64,000 bases of DNA from an uncultured delta proteobacterium. Its GTDB lineage: Bacteria > Desulfobacterota > Binatia > UBA9968. Shown here piece after piece: positions 41,976 through 54,516 of this stretch. Location: positions 102,468 through 166,467 of the forward strand of contig CAWJZV010000009.1 in the NCBI GenBank assembly GCA_963847445.1. Direction: 5' to 3'. The notes beneath the pieces are model-generated. The model had not been told where the DNA came from and ran no database searches. It worked only from the letters and a program-made list of their open reading frames with translations. Made by a program: the position numbers and the translations under genes. The first letter of the stretch is position 1. Every line of letters begins with the position of its first letter.

Positions 41976-42341
41976 ATGAGCAAGCGAATCTTGGCGATCG
42001 AAGATCACGAGGAAAACCGGCGGTTGTTGCGCGATCTGTTGACGAGTTTCGGCTATGAGTTGCTCGAAGCCGTCACAGGGGAAGAGGGCGTGACGGCGGC
42101 GGACACTGAGCGGCCCGACTTGATCCTGATGGACATCCAGCTGCCCGGCATCGACGGCTACGAGACCACGCGGCGGATCAAGGCCAATCCGGCGCTCAAG
42201 CACATCCCCATCATCGCGGTGACCTCCTACGCGCTCAGCGGCGACGACGCCAAAGCCTTCGCCGCCGGCTGCGATGCCTACGTGACGAAACCGTTCGATC
42301 CGGCGGATCTGTTGGAAAAAATTAAGGGTTACCTGGGGTGA
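41976..42341 (+). CDS. Single-domain response regulator (DivK-like)
   Basis: ILAIED, PDLILMDIQLPGIDG, IIAVTSYA, GCDAYVTKPF. Confidence 0.92.
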   Translation: MSKRILAIEDHEENRRLLRDLLTSFGYELLEAVTGEEGVTAADTERPDLILMDIQLPGIDGYETTRRIKANPALKHIPIIAVTSYALSGDDAKAFAAGCDAYVTKPFDPADLLEKIKGYLG

Positions 42342-42380
42342 TTTTGGATTTTCGACGATTTTGGATTGGGGGAAAAGATT

Positions 42381-42536
42381 TTTCCCGCAAAGGCGCAAAG
42401 ACGCCAAGGGTGAACATTGTCATTTCGAACGGAGAGAGAAATCTGTTCTTAGATCTCTCGCAGTTCGCTCGGGATGACAGGCTCTGGCCTGTCACTTAGC
42501 GCCTTTGCGCCTTTGCGGGAGATAATCCGAATCCGA
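42381..42536 (+). repeat. Nested palindromic element family A, left flank of the cyclase gene
   Basis: Near-identical to the reverse complement of 43700..43863. Confidence 0.88.
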
Positions 42537-43663
42537 TGAGTTCTAACATGAACGCTCCCGCGAAAATACTTGTCGTCGACGACACCGAAATGAACCGGGA
42601 CATGTTGTCTACGCTGGTCGAGGCAGACGGCCATAAAGCTCTCCTTGCGGAAAACGGCCGGATCGGTTTGGAGATGCTCAAGGCGGAACCGTTCGATCTC
42701 GTCCTGCTCGATGTCATGATGCCGGAGATGAACGGCTATCAAGTCCTTGAACAATTGAAGGCGGATGAGAGCCTGCGCGCCATTCCGGTGATCGTGCTCT
42801 CCGCCCTCGACGAGATCGGCAGCGTCGTGCGCTGCATCGAGCTCGGCGCGGAAGACTATTTGCCCAAGCCGTTCGATCCGGTTTTGCTGCGCGCCCGCAT
42901 CGGCGCCTGCTTGGAAAAGAAACGGCTGCGCGACCAGGAAGTTCAGCTGCGCCGCGAGTTGGCGGAGTGGAACCAGACTCTCGAAGCGCGGGTCCTGGAA
43001 CAAGTCCGGCAGTTGGAACGATTGGAACGTTTGAAACGATTTTTTTCTCCTCAACTGGCCGAACTAATCGTCAGCGGCGGCGCCGACGATCCGCTGAAAA
43101 CCCACCGGCGGGAGATCACCGTGGTCTATTTGGACTTGCGCGGCTTCACCGCTTTCGCTGAAACCGCCGAGCCCGAAGAGGTCATGAACGTGCTGCGCGA
43201 ATATCACGCCGCCATGGGACAACTGATCGGCGAACACGAAGGAACCCTGGAACACTTCGCCGGCGACGGCATGCTGATATTCTTCAATGATCCGACGCCG
43301 ATTCCAAATCCCGCCGAGCAGGCCGTCCGCATGGCGCTGGCGATGCGCGAGCGCGTCAAGGAATTGACGGTCAAATGGCGCAAGCTCGGCTACGAGCTCG
43401 GTTTCGGCGTCGGCATCGCCCAGGGTTACGCCACCATCGGCGCCATCGGCTTCGAAGGCCGGTGGGAGTATGGCGCCATCGGCACTGTGCCCAACCTCGC
43501 GGCGCGGCTGTGCGGCGAGGCCAAGCCGGGAGAAATCCTCGTGCCCCAGCGCCTCCTCGGCACGGTTGAAGAACTGGTCGAGGCCGAGCCAGCCGGCGAA
43601 TTATCTCTCAAGGGCTTTCATCGCCCCGTCGCCGCCTACAATATTGTGCGGCTCAAAGACTAG
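42536..43663 (+). CDS. Response regulator receiver fused to a class III nucleotide cyclase (start 42536 or 42548)
   Basis: REC: ILVVDD, LLDVMMP, DYLPKPF; cyclase: [26 protein letters not shown]. Confidence 0.92.
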   Translation: MSSNMNAPAKILVVDDTEMNRDMLSTLVEADGHKALLAENGRIGLEMLKAEPFDLVLLDVMMPEMNGYQVLEQLKADESLRAIPVIVLSALDEIGSVVRCIELGAEDYLPKPFDPVLLRARIGACLEKKRLRDQEVQLRRELAEWNQTLEARVLEQVRQLERLERLKRFFSPQLAELIVSGGADDPLKTHRREITVVYLDLRGFTAFAETAEPEEVMNVLREYHAAMGQLIGEHEGTLEHFAGDGMLIFFNDPTPIPNPAEQAVRMALAMRERVKELTVKWRKLGYELGFGVGIAQGYATIGAIGFEGRWEYGAIGTVPNLAARLCGEAKPGEILVPQRLLGTVEELVEAEPAGELSLKGFHRPVAAYNIVRLKD

Positions 43664-43699
43664 AACGGAGCAGATATTCGTTTCCCGGATTCGAGATTT

Positions 43700-43863
43700 T
43701 ATCCCGCCAAGGCGCAAAGGCGCAAAGTGACAGGCCAGAGCCTGTCATCCCGAGCGAATGCGAGGGATCTAAGATAGGATTTCATCATTTGAATTTGTCT
43801 CGGATTTCGGAGTTCGAAATGACAATGTTCACCCTTGGCGTCTTTGCGCCTTGGCGGGAGATA
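43700..43863 (-). repeat. Nested palindromic element family A, right flank of the cyclase gene (contains a family B fragment)
   Basis: Inverted copy of 42381..42523 with an extra tccgaaatccgagacaaattcaaatgat segment. Confidence 0.88.
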
Positions 43864-43954
43864 CTTCTTTTCCGTATCGATGAGCCATAGTTAACCGCAA
43901 AAATCTTTACGTAGAATTTTGCCGCCAGTATGTTAATATTGGCATCACACTTCG

Positions 43955-46900
43955 ATGAGCGGAAAATCCATTCCAACCGAGTTGTCGCCGACCGCTTCCC
44001 TGGCCGGGCGGCTGTTCGGGTTCATTAACTTCAAGCGGCTAAAAGTTTGGCTCTGGTGGCTGGCGCTTTTGGCGATCGCCGCCGCGGCCATTTTCGTCGA
44101 GTTCCAGACCTCGCTGCTGCAATCCTGGTTTTTTACCAGCACCAACGAGCGGCTTTTTTATAGCCTCAAAGACGGGCCAAGCCGGGAAATCATTTTCCCG
44201 CGCGCCGCCGCGCCCTTTGACGAGCGGCGCGGCTATTCTAAATTGCCGCTGCTCCAGAGCCGGCTGCAATCCCAAGGTTATTTGATAAACCAACAGGTGC
44301 GCCAGTCCGAGACCATGCTGACGCTCTTGGAGCGCGGCATCTCGCCGCCCTATTGGGAACGGCCGGATGCCGGCTTGGAAATCATCGGCGCCGACGACGT
44401 GCCGCTGTTTCGTTACGCCCAGGGCGATTTTCTCTTCGCTAAGATCGACGACATCCCGCCGCTTTTGGTCAAGACGCTGTTGTTCCTGGAAAACCGCGAT
44501 CTCGACCATCCGGCAACCTCCTGGCAGAATCCGGTCATCGAGTGGGACCGGACCCTCAAAGCAGCGGCCTATTATGTCGCGGCTAAACTGCAACTGCCGG
44601 TGCCGGTGCAAGGCGGCAGCACCTTGGCGGTGCAACTCGAGAAATTTCGCCATTCGCCCCATGGCCGCACTGACAACCCAGTGGAAAAATTGCGCCAGCT
44701 CATCGGCGCCAGCTTGAAAGCTTATCAAGAAGGGCCCAACACCCGCACCTGGCGCGAACGGATCATCGTCGATTACTTGAATACCGTGCCGCTGGCCGCG
44801 GCGCCCAGTTATGGCGAAATTCACGGTCTGGGCGAGGGCCTGTACGCGTGGTTTGGCATCCGCTTGAGCGATGCGGTCAAGGACTTGCACGCCGCCAAGC
44901 CGACGCCGGCGAAAGTGCGCGCCTTCAAACATGCCCTCGCCTTGCTGATTTCAGTGCGCGCGCCGACAGTCTACCTAGTCGACGAAAGGTCGTCCTTGGA
45001 CGAGAAAGTCAGCCAGTTCACGCGCCTGATGGCGCGCGACGGCGTGATCGACGGGGATTTCGCCGCTCAACTGCAAGACACGCCGATAAAGTTTTCGCCC
45101 ACCGCGCCGCTAACGCCGCAGCCATCTTCCGGTAAAAACAAGGCGGCCAATGCCATCCGCGTCAGCTTGTTGGAAGCGCTGGGCATGAACAACCTTTACG
45201 ATTTGAATCGCTTGCACCTGCGCGCCGACAGCACCATCGATGTGCCGCTGCAAAAGCGCGTCACCGACTTCTTCGACCGTTTGAGCCGGCCCGAGGTGAT
45301 CAAAGCCTATGGTCTCAACGGCGAGCGCATGCTCGAAGCCGACGACCCGGCGAAGCTGATCTATTCACTCCTGCTGGTCGAAGCGACGCCCAATGGCAAC
45401 GTCGTGCGCGTGCAAGCGGACACCCTGGCCACGGCTCTGGATTTCAACAAAAGCGTCAAACTCGAACTCGGCAGCACAGCCAAGCTGCGCACGCTGACGC
45501 ATTACTTGGAATTGATCGCCGAACTGCACAAAGAATTGTCGGGCCTGGATCCGAAGCAGCTGCACGAGCGCGGCACTGCCGCCCGCGATCCATTGACCAA
45601 ATGGGCGGCGGAAACCTTGTGCAACGACAAGGCGCTGGAGCTCCAACCGTTTCTCGACATGGCCATGGAGCGGAAATACTCCGGCAGCCCCTATGAAGCG
45701 CTTTTTCACCGGCGGCGGAGTGCACCACTTTGAGAATTTCGACAAGCAGGAAAACGAACGGAAGTTCGAAGTGCGCGAGGCCCTGCGCCACTCCAACAAC
45801 TTGACCTTCATTCGCCTCATGCGCGACCTGGTGAGCTACCATCGTGCCCGGCTCGCTTACAACGCCGGATGACGTGATCGACAACCCGGACAACCCGACG
45901 CGCCAACAGATGCTCAAAGAAATCGCCGACGAGGAATCCCGTGCCGCGCTGCGCCGCGCCTATCAGAACTACGCCAAGCAGATGCCGCGATGAGATCGTC
46001 AAGCGGCTGATCGGCAGCAAAGGCAGTGTCGAGCGGCGCTTGGCGGTGCTGTTTTTCGCCTGGCGGGTCGGCACTGACGAGGACGCCTTGACTGCTTGGC
46101 TGGAAAAGCATGAGGCCAAAACCAGCGCCGCCGAGGTTAGCAAATTGTTTCGCGCCTACCAGAATCCGCGCCTGACTTTAGCCGATCATGCCTATCTGCT
46201 TGGCATACACCCGCTCGATCTATGGTGCGCCGGCGAGTTTCGCCAGAACGCCAAGCTGTCGTGGAAAGTTCTCTATGCCAAGAGCGGCCCGGCCCGGCAG
46301 GTCGGCTCGGCTTGGCTGCTCAACTCGCGCAATCAACGCGCCCAAAACAATCGTCTGCGCATCCGCATCGAAAAAGATGCCTTCGCGCGCATGACGCCAT
46401 ACTGGCAGCGGCTCGGTTTCCCATTCAAAACCCTGGTGCCGAGCTATGCCACCGCCATCGGCGTTTCCACCGACCGGCCAACGGCATTGGCGGAATTGGC
46501 CGGCATTCTGGTCAACGACGGCGTGCGCCGCCCGACCACGACACTGACTAGAATTCATTTCGCCGGCGCAACTCCCTACGAGACTGTGCTCGAACGACCG
46601 CTGAAAGCCGGCGAGCAGGTGCTCGTCCCCGAGGTCGCCCGCACCATGCGCAAAGCCATGGCCGAAGTGGTCGAACAGGGAACCGCGCGCCGGCTCAATG
46701 GCGCGTTCAAACTTGCCGACGGCAGCGTGCTCACCGTCGGCGGCAAGACCGGCTCCGGCGACAATCGTTTTGAGACCTTCAACCGCAGCGGCGGCGTTGT
46801 CAGCTCGCGCGCCACCAACCGCACGGCAACTTTCGTATTTTACATCGGCGAGCGTTACTACGGCGTGATCACCGCCTACGTCCAAGGACGCGAGGCCGGC

Positions 46901-47092
46901 AATTATCATTTTACCAGCGCGCTGCCGGTCACTTTGCTCAAACTGCTTGCGCCCTCGATCACGGCGAAATTCGACAACAAGAAACTCGACGAAGTACCGC
47001 CGCCGGTGGGGGAACCCCCAGCCGATGTCACGGTCCAGCCAGCCGGCGCCGCGCCGACCGCGCGGACGGAACCACAACCCATAGCTCCGTAA
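43955..47092 (+). CDS. Large bifunctional penicillin-binding protein (GT51 transglycosylase + transpeptidase), frameshifted at 45.7-46.0 kb
   Basis: N-terminal TM helix; QGGSTLAVQLEK and YLN GT51 motifs; STAK, SNN and KTG transpeptidase motifs. Confidence 0.8.
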
Positions 47093-47238
47093 TCCGTATC
47101 TAATCATACGAGACATCTTGTTGGCTGGACGAGGAGCTGACGAAGCTAAATAGCTAGCGATGACCGAATTCCACTCTTCTCCAATCAAATCATGCGCCAC
47201 ATCTCATTGGCTGGACAGAAGCAGAGGCCTCATAGTTA

Positions 47239-47388
47239 CCCCTTCCCCCTTTGGAAAAGGGGGATTGAGGGGGATTTGGTTGTGGCGTGGGGAGGTTTCT
47301 TTAGCACCAGCGCGGCATTCCAGCGCTGTAAATGGAGCTGCGTAGGCGCGACAAATCTCCCCTAGCCCCTCTTTTCCAAAGAGGGGGA
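47239..47388. repeat. REP-like inverted hairpin doublet
   Basis: ccccctttggaaaagggggattgagggggattt ... aaatctcccctagcccctcttttccaaagagggg. Confidence 0.7.
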
Positions 47389-47549
47389 CCGGAAAACCCG
47401 CCGCGACTTGAGTGCTTTACCATAATTCGTTGACTCTCCCACACCCGCCGTGTCCAGCCGAAACTTATGGGTACGATCAGAATCCGCATCCCAGTAATCT
47501 GTAATTTGGAATATGGAATATGAGATTCGTGATGCCGCGCCACGCGGCA

Positions 47550-48236
47550 TCACGTGCCGCGCCGGTTGCCGAATAGCTGGATATGCAAGCGCGGCGTGTA
47601 GCTGAAGCCATACTGCTTGCACGATTCGACGATCCATTCGGCTTTGCGGTTCAACTCCGCTTGGTTGACGCCCTGGGCCATGAGCATGACCCGGCTGGCA
47701 TCGACATGTTGTAACTGCGTAATGACGGCGCGGACTTCGTCGATGTCCGGTTTCCGATCGACGACAAATTTAAGCTGGTAGTCGTAGCCATCGATATACT
47801 GCTGCATGACCGGGTAATTGAGCCGGCGCTTTTCATGCATGGCGGCGAACTCACCCTTGCTTCTTTGCCATGGCGTCGAGTTGGCCAGCTTCGGGCTCAA
47901 CGACATCAAATCGCCGGCCACCGGTTTGAAGATCGTCGCCGCGGTTTCGATGGTGATATGGGCGCCGCGCTGCTTGAGTTCACCTGTCAGCTCCGCAATG
48001 TCGGGCGCCAACAGCGGTTCGCCGCCGGTAATCACCACATGGCGGGTTGGATACTTGGCGATTTCACCGAGAATCTTTTTGACGCTCCAAGTTTTGCCCT
48101 CCGGCCGCCACGAAGTATAAGGCGTGTCGCACCAACGGCAACGCAGATTGCAGCCGCTGGTCCGAACAAACACCGAGGGCACGCCAAGCAAACGGCCTTC
48201 GCCCTGGATCGAGTAAAAAATCTCGCTAATGCGCAT
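47550..48236 (-). CDS. queE: 7-carboxy-7-deazaguanine synthase (radical SAM)
   Basis: EIFYSIQGEG, RTSGCNLRCRWCDT, ITGGEPL, SLSPKL, PRLH. Confidence 0.9.
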   Translation of the reverse strand: MRISEIFYSIQGEGRLLGVPSVFVRTSGCNLRCRWCDTPYTSWRPEGKTWSVKKILGEIAKYPTRHVVITGGEPLLAPDIAELTGELKQRGAHITIETAATIFKPVAGDLMSLSPKLANSTPWQRSKGEFAAMHEKRRLNYPVMQQYIDGYDYQLKFVVDRKPDIDEVRAVITQLQHVDASRVMLMAQGVNQAELNRKAEWIVESCKQYGFSYTPRLHIQLFGNRRGT

Positions 48237-48439
48237 GGCGTGAAACTAACAGACGCCGCGAGCCGGTGAAAGTACGGCAAATCAAACTTGATTCGACTCT
48301 TCTCTGTGATAGACGTACTAGGTTGGTGCACGATAAATTTAACTTTCCCCATTATCACCACGGCAATGAATGTCGATGGCAGCAGGCAAGCGTTGCGGAC
48401 CGAACTATAGCGACGGCTCTTGCTTGACCTAGCGATAAA

Positions 48440-51400
48440 ATGTCTATGAACGGCAAAGCGATTCGCATAGTCGGCGCCAAGCAGAATAACTTGAAGAATC
48501 TCGACATCGAGATTCCGCTCAACCAACTCACCGTGGTTACCGGTGTCAGCGGTTCAGGTAAGTCGACCCTCGCTTTCGATATCCTCTACGCCGAGGGCCA
48601 GCGCCGCTACGTCGAAAGCTTTTCCGCCTACGCCCGGCAGTTTCTCGACCGCATGGACAAGCCGGATGTCGAGAGCATCGAAGGCATCCCGCCAACCATC
48701 GCCATCGATCAGAGCCGGCCGGTGCGCACCTCGCGCTCCACCGTCGGCACCATGACCGAGCTGCACGATCATTTTAAACTGTTATTTGCCAAGATCGCGG
48801 TGCTTTACTGCCGCGGTTGTCAGCGTATCGTCGAGCGCGATAGCGCCGCCACTGTCCTGCAAAAACTCGGCGACCTGGCAGAAGGCACACCGGTGGTCTT
48901 GACCTTTCCGCTGCCGGCGTCGTCGGTGAGCTGGGAGGAAGTCCGCAACGGTCTGCGCCAGGCGGGCTTCCATCGCTTGCTCATCGACCACACCATTTGC
49001 GAACTCGATGACATCGATGAAGCGCCGGCGAAAAAGCAGCCCTTCGAGGTCGTCATCGACCGCTTTGCCTTTCGTCCGGAAAATAAAAAGCGCATCGCCG
49101 ACTCTTTGGAGCAGGCGTTTCACTATGGCAAAGGCCGGTTGAATCTATTCTTACCGCAGGATGACTGGCGCCGGGAGCCTTTCAGCAATCATCTGCATTG
49201 CCCGCACTGCGATATTTCCTACCGCGATCCGGTGCCGAATATTTTTTCATTCAATAGTCCGCTGGGCGCCTGTGAAACCTGCAAAGGCTTCGGCCGGGTC
49301 ATCGATATCGATATCGACCTGGTGATTCCCAATCCGGGGAAATCCCTCGCCGACGGCGCCATCAAACCCTGGATCAACCGCAAGCGCAGAACCAAGCGGC
49401 TGCTCGACTTTTGCGACGGCAAGAAAATCCCGGTGAAAACTCCTTGGGGCGAACTGAGCGACGCGCAGCGCCAGTTGGTCATCGACGGCGACGGCGAATA
49501 CAAAGGCATCCGCGGCTGGTTTCGCCGCCTGGAGCGGCGCAGCTACCGCATGCATGTGCGCGTCTTGCTGGCGCGCTACCGCGCCTATTTGCTCTGTCCC
49601 GAGTGTAACGGCAGCCGGCTCAAAGCCGACGCGCTCAACTATCGCATCGACGGCAAAGACATCGCTCAAGTCAACGCCATGAATGTCGGCGTTGCCCATG
49701 ATTGGTTTACCGCGTTGAAACCGGCCGGCGCCCTCGATCAAGTGTCGAGTCTGATCCTCGACGAGATTCGCCGCCGCACGGGGTATTTGGTCGGCGTCGG
49801 CCTGGAGTATCTCACCCTCGACCGCCAATCGCGCACGCTCTCCGGCGGCGAGTTGGAGCGCGTCGATCTCACCACTGCCATCGGCTCGTCCTTGGTCAAC
49901 ACCCTCTACGTCCTCGACGAACCGTCCATCGGTCTCCATCCGCGCGACAGCCGCCGGCTGGTGGAAATCCTCCAGCGCTTGCGGGCGAATCAGAATACCG
50001 TCGTCATCGTCGAACATGATCCCGAGATCATCAAGGAGTGCGATTATATCCTGGATCTCGGTCCCAAGGCCGGCGAGCAAGGCGGCCAAATCATGTTCGC
50101 CGGCACCTATGACGAATTATTGAAGGACGAAAATTCGCTCACCGCGGCTTATTTAAGCCAGCGCAAATCGATTGCCATGCCGGCGCGCCCGCGCAAGCCG
50201 CTGTTGCAACGCTCGCTCAAGATCACCGGCGCCTCAGCGAATAATTTAAAGAACATCGACGTGGAGATTCCCCTCGGCATGCTGGTGTGCATCACCGGCG
50301 TCTCCGGCTCGGGAAAATCAAGCCTGGTCGACGAAGTGCTGTCGCGCAATTTGAAAAAACTCAAAGAAGCGCCCAGCGCCAATTTCGCCAATTGCGAGAA
50401 GATCGACGGCATCGAGAAAATCTCCGAAGTCGTCCTGGTCGACCAGTCGCCGGTCGGCACCACGCCGCGCTCCAACCCGGCGACTTACATGAAAGCCTTC
50501 GACGGCATCCGCAAGCTGTTCGCCGGCGCCGAACTGGCGCGCCTGCGCGGCTACACGCCGTCGACCTTTTCTTTCAACGTCGAGGGCGGCCGCTGCGAGA
50601 CCTGCCATGGCGAAGGCTACGAAAAAGTCGAGATGCAGTTTCTCTCCGACGTTTACACTTCCTGCCCGGAGTGTCATGGCAGCCGCTTCCGCGAAGAAGT
50701 CCTCGAAGTCGCCTATCGCGGCAAGAGCATTCGCCAGGTGCTCGATCTCACCGTCAGCGACGCCTTGGAGTTTTTCAAAGAGAGCAACGATGTGAAGGGA
50801 GCTCTCGAACCGCTGCGCGCCGTCGGGTTAGAATACCTGCGCCTGGGCCAGCCGGTGACGACGCTGTCCGGCGGCGAGTCGCAGCGCTTGAAGCTCGCCG
50901 CTCATATGGCGCGGGCGAAGAAAGCCGGCACGCTGTTTATCTTCGACGAGCCCACCACCGGGCTGCACTTCCACGACATCGACCGGCTGCTCTGGGCGTT
51001 CAACGAACTGATCGAGCAGGGCCACTCGGTGGTCGTCATCGAGCATAACTTGGAAGTCATCAAGTGCGCCGACCACATCATCGACCTCGGTCCCGAGGGC
51101 GGCGACAAAGGCGGCGAGATCGTCGCGACCGGAACTCCTGCACAGATCGCCGCGGTGGAGCGCTCCTACACCGGCGTCTATCTGCGCCCCTATTTAGATA
51201 AATCGGCGTCGCTGTTTGCGCCGGTGTTAAAAAATGCCGTCGGGGCGAGGCCGGCCCTGCCCGTCGATGTCGACGAACATTGCATCGCCATCGTCGGCGC
51301 TAAAGAGCATAACTTAAAAAATATCAGCGTGAACATTCCGCGCGACCGCTTCATCGTCTTCACCGGCCTCAGCGGTTCGGGAAAGTCGACGCTGGCCTTC

Positions 51401-54121
51401 GACATCGTTTATGCCGAAGGCCAGCGCCGCTATTTGGACAGCCTGTCGGCCTACGCGCGGCAGTTTTTGGAGGTGATGGCGCGCCCCAACGTCGACTATG
51501 TCGCCGGCATTCCGCCCACCGTCGCCATCGAGCAGCGCTTGAGCCAGGGCGGCCGAAAATCCACCGTCGCCACGGTCACGGAAATTTATCATTACCTGCG
51601 CCTGCTCTACGCCAAGATCGGCAAACAGCATTGCGTCAACTGCGGCCGGCCGATCCATTCGCTGACGCGCAGCCAGATCCTCGACCGCATCTCGCGCTCC
51701 TACCGCGGCAAGGATGTCATGGTGCTAAGCCCACTGGTGCGCGGCCGCAAGGGATTTCACAAGGAAGTGATCACGGGCGCGATCAAACTCGGCTACCGGC
51801 GCGCGCGCATCGACGGCAAGCTCGCCGACCTGCGCGCGCCCGAGTTGGCGGGCGGCTTGGCGCGCTTCAAAGAACACAACATCGATATCGTCGTCGGCAA
51901 GGCCAAGGCCGGCGGCCATGAAGTCGAAGCGCTGGTCGATCAAGGACTGCGCTTGGGCAACGGCGTCATCCATTTGATTTCGGAACGGGGCGAACAGATT
52001 TTCAACCAACGGCTATTTTGTCTCGGCTGCGGCATCGGCTATGAGCCGCTGGACCCGCGGCTGTTTTCATTCAATAGCCAGCAAGGCGCCTGTAAAGATT
52101 GCGCCGGCATGGGTTTTACCTATGACTTCGATCCGCAATTGATCTTCGCCGACCCGCGCCGGTCGGTGAAAGACGCGCTCGGTGGAATTTCTAGCGGTTC
52201 ATCGGTCAACGGCTCCGAGGTTGAGCGCGCCATGCAGCGGCTGTTGAAACAAATGACCGACGATTACGACATCGATATCGCCAAGCCCTTCGCCAAACAG
52301 ACCAAGATAGTCCAGGAAGAAATCGTCAACGGCGGCAAGGGCCGCGGCGCCTTCGTCGGCCTGGTGCCATATTTGAAAGAACTGGCTCAAGCCGGCGATG
52401 AAAATTCCGCCCGCGAGCTCGACGAACTGATGACCGAAGTGCCCTGCGCCGCATGCCAAGGCCGGCGCTTGAATCAGCGCGCTCAGGCGGTCAAGGTCGC
52501 CGGTAAAACCATCTGGGAAGTAGCCGGCCTGTGCGTAGACGACGCCCGCGTCTACTTCGCCAAGCTCGATCTCGACCACTCGGATATCGCCACCGCCGCC
52601 CGCGACCGCGCCGTGTCCGAGAAAGTATTGAAGGAAATCCAGCAGCGCTTGAATTTCCTATCGGAGGTCGGTCTGCCATATCTCACCCTCGACCGGCGCG
52701 CCGATACGCTCTCCGGCGGCGAGGCTCAACGCATTCGCCTGGCGGCGCAGTTGGGTTCCAACCTGCGCGGCGTCTGTTACATCCTCGACGAACCGACCAT
52801 CGGCCTGCATCCGCGCGATAATGCCATGCTGCTGAAAACCCTGCGCCGGCTCGAACAGTTGGGCAACAGCGTGCTCGTCGTCGAACATGACGAAGCGACC
52901 ATTCAATCGGCGGATCTGATCATCGATCTCGGCCCCGGCGCCGGCGTCCATGGCGGCAACGTGGTTTACATCGGCACGCCGGCGGAAATCAGAGCCAATC
53001 CCGACTCGCCCACCGGCGCCTACCTGCGCTCCGAGCGCAAACGTCTCGGCCCCAAGCGCGAGCTGAAGAAATCCAACTGGCTCACCATCTGCGGCGCCAA
53101 GGCGCATAATTTGAAAAACCTCGACGTCAAAATTCCTTTGGGCATGTGGAGCTGCATCACCGGCATCTCCGGCTCGGGCAAAAGCACGCTGGTCAGAGAC
53201 GTGCTTTACAAGGGCGTCAAACTCCTGCTCGGCCAGTTCGCCGGACGGCCCGGACAATATAAAGAAATTACTGGCTGGAAGGCGATCGAACGGATCGTCG
53301 AGGTCGATCAAACCCCCATCGGCAAGACCCCGCGCTCCGTGCCGGCCTCTTACATCGGTGTGTTGGACGAGATTCGCAAGCTCTATGCGCTGGCGCCGGA
53401 AGCGCGCCTGCGCGGTTACACGGCGAGCCGTTTCTCCTTCAACGTCAAAGGCGGCCGCTGCGAAGACTGCGCCGGACAGGGCAAGATTCGCAAGGAGATG
53501 AGTTTTCTTCCCGATGTTTTCATCGACTGCGATACCTGCAACGGCCAGCGTTTCAACGAGGAAACCCTCAGCATTCGTTATAATGACAAAAATATCTTCG
53601 AGGTGTTTTGCCTGACGGTGGAAGAGGCCGTGCCGTTTTTCCACGCCTTTCCGAAAATCAACCGGCCGCTAAAGATCCTCGACGACATCGGCATGGGCTA
53701 TATCAATCTCGGCCAGGCGAGCAACACGCTTTCCGGCGGCGAAGCCCAGCGCATCAAACTCGCCTACGAGCTCGGCAAGGAATCCCGCGGCACGACGCTT
53801 TACGTGCTCGACGAACCGACCACCGGGCTGCATTTCGTCGACGTGGAAAAGCTCATTCATATTCTCCATCGCCTGGTCGACATGGGCAACACGGTGGTCA
53901 CCATCGAGCATAACCTCGACATCGTCAAAGACGCCGACTACCTCGTCGATCTGGGTCCCGAAGGCGGCGCCCAAGGCGGCCAGTTAGTCGCCTGCGGCGC
54001 GCCGTTGGATGTGATCAAAGACGGCAAGAAATCTTACACGGCGCGCTTCCTGCGCGAATATCTCAATGGCGGTGCCGCCCCGGTGGCAAAGAAACCCGCC
54101 CGAGCCCGCGCGAGCGTTTAA
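48440..54121 (+). CDS. uvrA: Excinuclease ABC subunit A, double-length tandem form (1893 aa)
   Basis: Four GxSGSGKS Walker A motifs, four LSGGE signatures, two EGQRRY motifs and repeated zinc fingers. Confidence 0.95.
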   Translation: MSMNGKAIRIVGAKQNNLKNLDIEIPLNQLTVVTGVSGSGKSTLAFDILYAEGQRRYVESFSAYARQFLDRMDKPDVESIEGIPPTIAIDQSRPVRTSRSTVGTMTELHDHFKLLFAKIAVLYCRGCQRIVERDSAATVLQKLGDLAEGTPVVLTFPLPASSVSWEEVRNGLRQAGFHRLLIDHTICELDDIDEAPAKKQPFEVVIDRFAFRPENKKRIADSLEQAFHYGKGRLNLFLPQDDWRREPFSNHLHCPHCDISYRDPVPNIFSFNSPLGACETCKGFGRVIDIDIDLVIPNPGKSLADGAIKPWINRKRRTKRLLDFCDGKKIPVKTPWGELSDAQRQLVIDGDGEYKGIRGWFRRLERRSYRMHVRVLLARYRAYLLCPECNGSRLKADALNYRIDGKDIAQVNAMNVGVAHDWFTALKPAGALDQVSSLILDEIRRRTGYLVGVGLEYLTLDRQSRTLSGGELERVDLTTAIGSSLVNTLYVLDEPSIGLHPRDSRRLVEILQRLRANQNTVVIVEHDPEIIKECDYILDLGPKAGEQGGQIMFAGTYDELLKDENSLTAAYLSQRKSIAMPARPRKPLLQRSLKITGASANNLKNIDVEIPLGMLVCITGVSGSGKSSLVDEVLSRNLKKLKEAPSANFANCEKIDGIEKISEVVLVDQSPVGTTPRSNPATYMKAFDGIRKLFAGAELARLRGYTPSTFSFNVEGGRCETCHGEGYEKVEMQFLSDVYTSCPECHGSRFREEVLEVAYRGKSIRQVLDLTVSDALEFFKESNDVKGALEPLRAVGLEYLRLGQPVTTLSGGESQRLKLAAHMARAKKAGTLFIFDEPTTGLHFHDIDRLLWAFNELIEQGHSVVVIEHNLEVIKCADHIIDLGPEGGDKGGEIVATGTPAQIAAVERSYTGVYLRPYLDKSASLFAPVLKNAVGARPALPVDVDEHCIAIVGAKEHNLKNISVNIPRDRFIVFTGLSGSGKSTLAFDIVYAEGQRRYLDSLSAYARQFLEVMARPNVDYVAGIPPTVAIEQRLSQGGRKSTVATVTEIYHYLRLLYAKIGKQHCVNCGRPIHSLTRSQILDRISRSYRGKDVMVLSPLVRGRKGFHKEVITGAIKLGYRRARIDGKLADLRAPELAGGLARFKEHNIDIVVGKAKAGGHEVEALVDQGLRLGNGVIHLISERGEQIFNQRLFCLGCGIGYEPLDPRLFSFNSQQGACKDCAGMGFTYDFDPQLIFADPRRSVKDALGGISSGSSVNGSEVERAMQRLLKQMTDDYDIDIAKPFAKQTKIVQEEIVNGGKGRGAFVGLVPYLKELAQAGDENSARELDELMTEVPCAACQGRRLNQRAQAVKVAGKTIWEVAGLCVDDARVYFAKLDLDHSDIATAARDRAVSEKVLKEIQQRLNFLSEVGLPYLTLDRRADTLSGGEAQRIRLAAQLGSNLRGVCYILDEPTIGLHPRDNAMLLKTLRRLEQLGNSVLVVEHDEATIQSADLIIDLGPGAGVHGGNVVYIGTPAEIRANPDSPTGAYLRSERKRLGPKRELKKSNWLTICGAKAHNLKNLDVKIPLGMWSCITGISGSGKSTLVRDVLYKGVKLLLGQFAGRPGQYKEITGWKAIERIVEVDQTPIGKTPRSVPASYIGVLDEIRKLYALAPEARLRGYTASRFSFNVKGGRCEDCAGQGKIRKEMSFLPDVFIDCDTCNGQRFNEETLSIRYNDKNIFEVFCLTVEEAVPFFHAFPKINRPLKILDDIGMGYINLGQASNTLSGGEAQRIKLAYELGKESRGTTLYVLDEPTTGLHFVDVEKLIHILHRLVDMGNTVVTIEHNLDIVKDADYLVDLGPEGGAQGGQLVACGAPLDVIKDGKKSYTARFLREYLNGGAAPVAKKPARARASV

Positions 54122-54143
54122 AGTGGCCGTGTCAATCTTCACC

Positions 54144-54516
54144 ATGCTCGGCCACGGCCTGCGCCTGCGCTGCCCGCGCTGCGGCATCGGCCGCTTGTAT
54201 GGCAAGCCGTTTAGGATGAATGAGCAACTGCGCCCACTGTGGACTAAAATTCGAGCGCGAACAGGGCTACTTCATCGGCGCTATTTATATTAATTACGCC
54301 GCCACCATCGCCATCGCCGTGCCCGGCTTCTTTCTCCTCGACGCCTTCACCGGTATCGACATCAACCAACAGCTCGCCTTCTGGATCCCCTTCGCGGTGA
54401 TCTTCCCGCTGCTGTTTTTTCATCATTCAAGAAGTCTGTGGCTGGTGCTGGACCATTTTTTCAATCCTGCAAAGCAGCTCTTCAGCGTAGCACCGAAGAA
54501 AACGACGGAAAAGTGA
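54144..54516 (+). CDS. DUF983 family membrane protein (frameshift near 54220)
   Basis: GLRLRCPRCGIGRLY...CAHCGLKFEREQGYFIGA followed by two TM helices and SRSLW. Confidence 0.75.

Noticed and set aside
42536-43663. Cyclase as a Pycsar anti-phage system
   Set aside because: It is REC-fused, has no adjacent cNMP-binding TM or TIR effector, and sits in a two-component context.
47550-48236. queE as part of a deazaguanine DNA-modification (dpd) island
   Set aside because: It is a solitary gene with no dpdA/tgt-like, queC or queD neighbours; ordinary queuosine synthesis is more likely.
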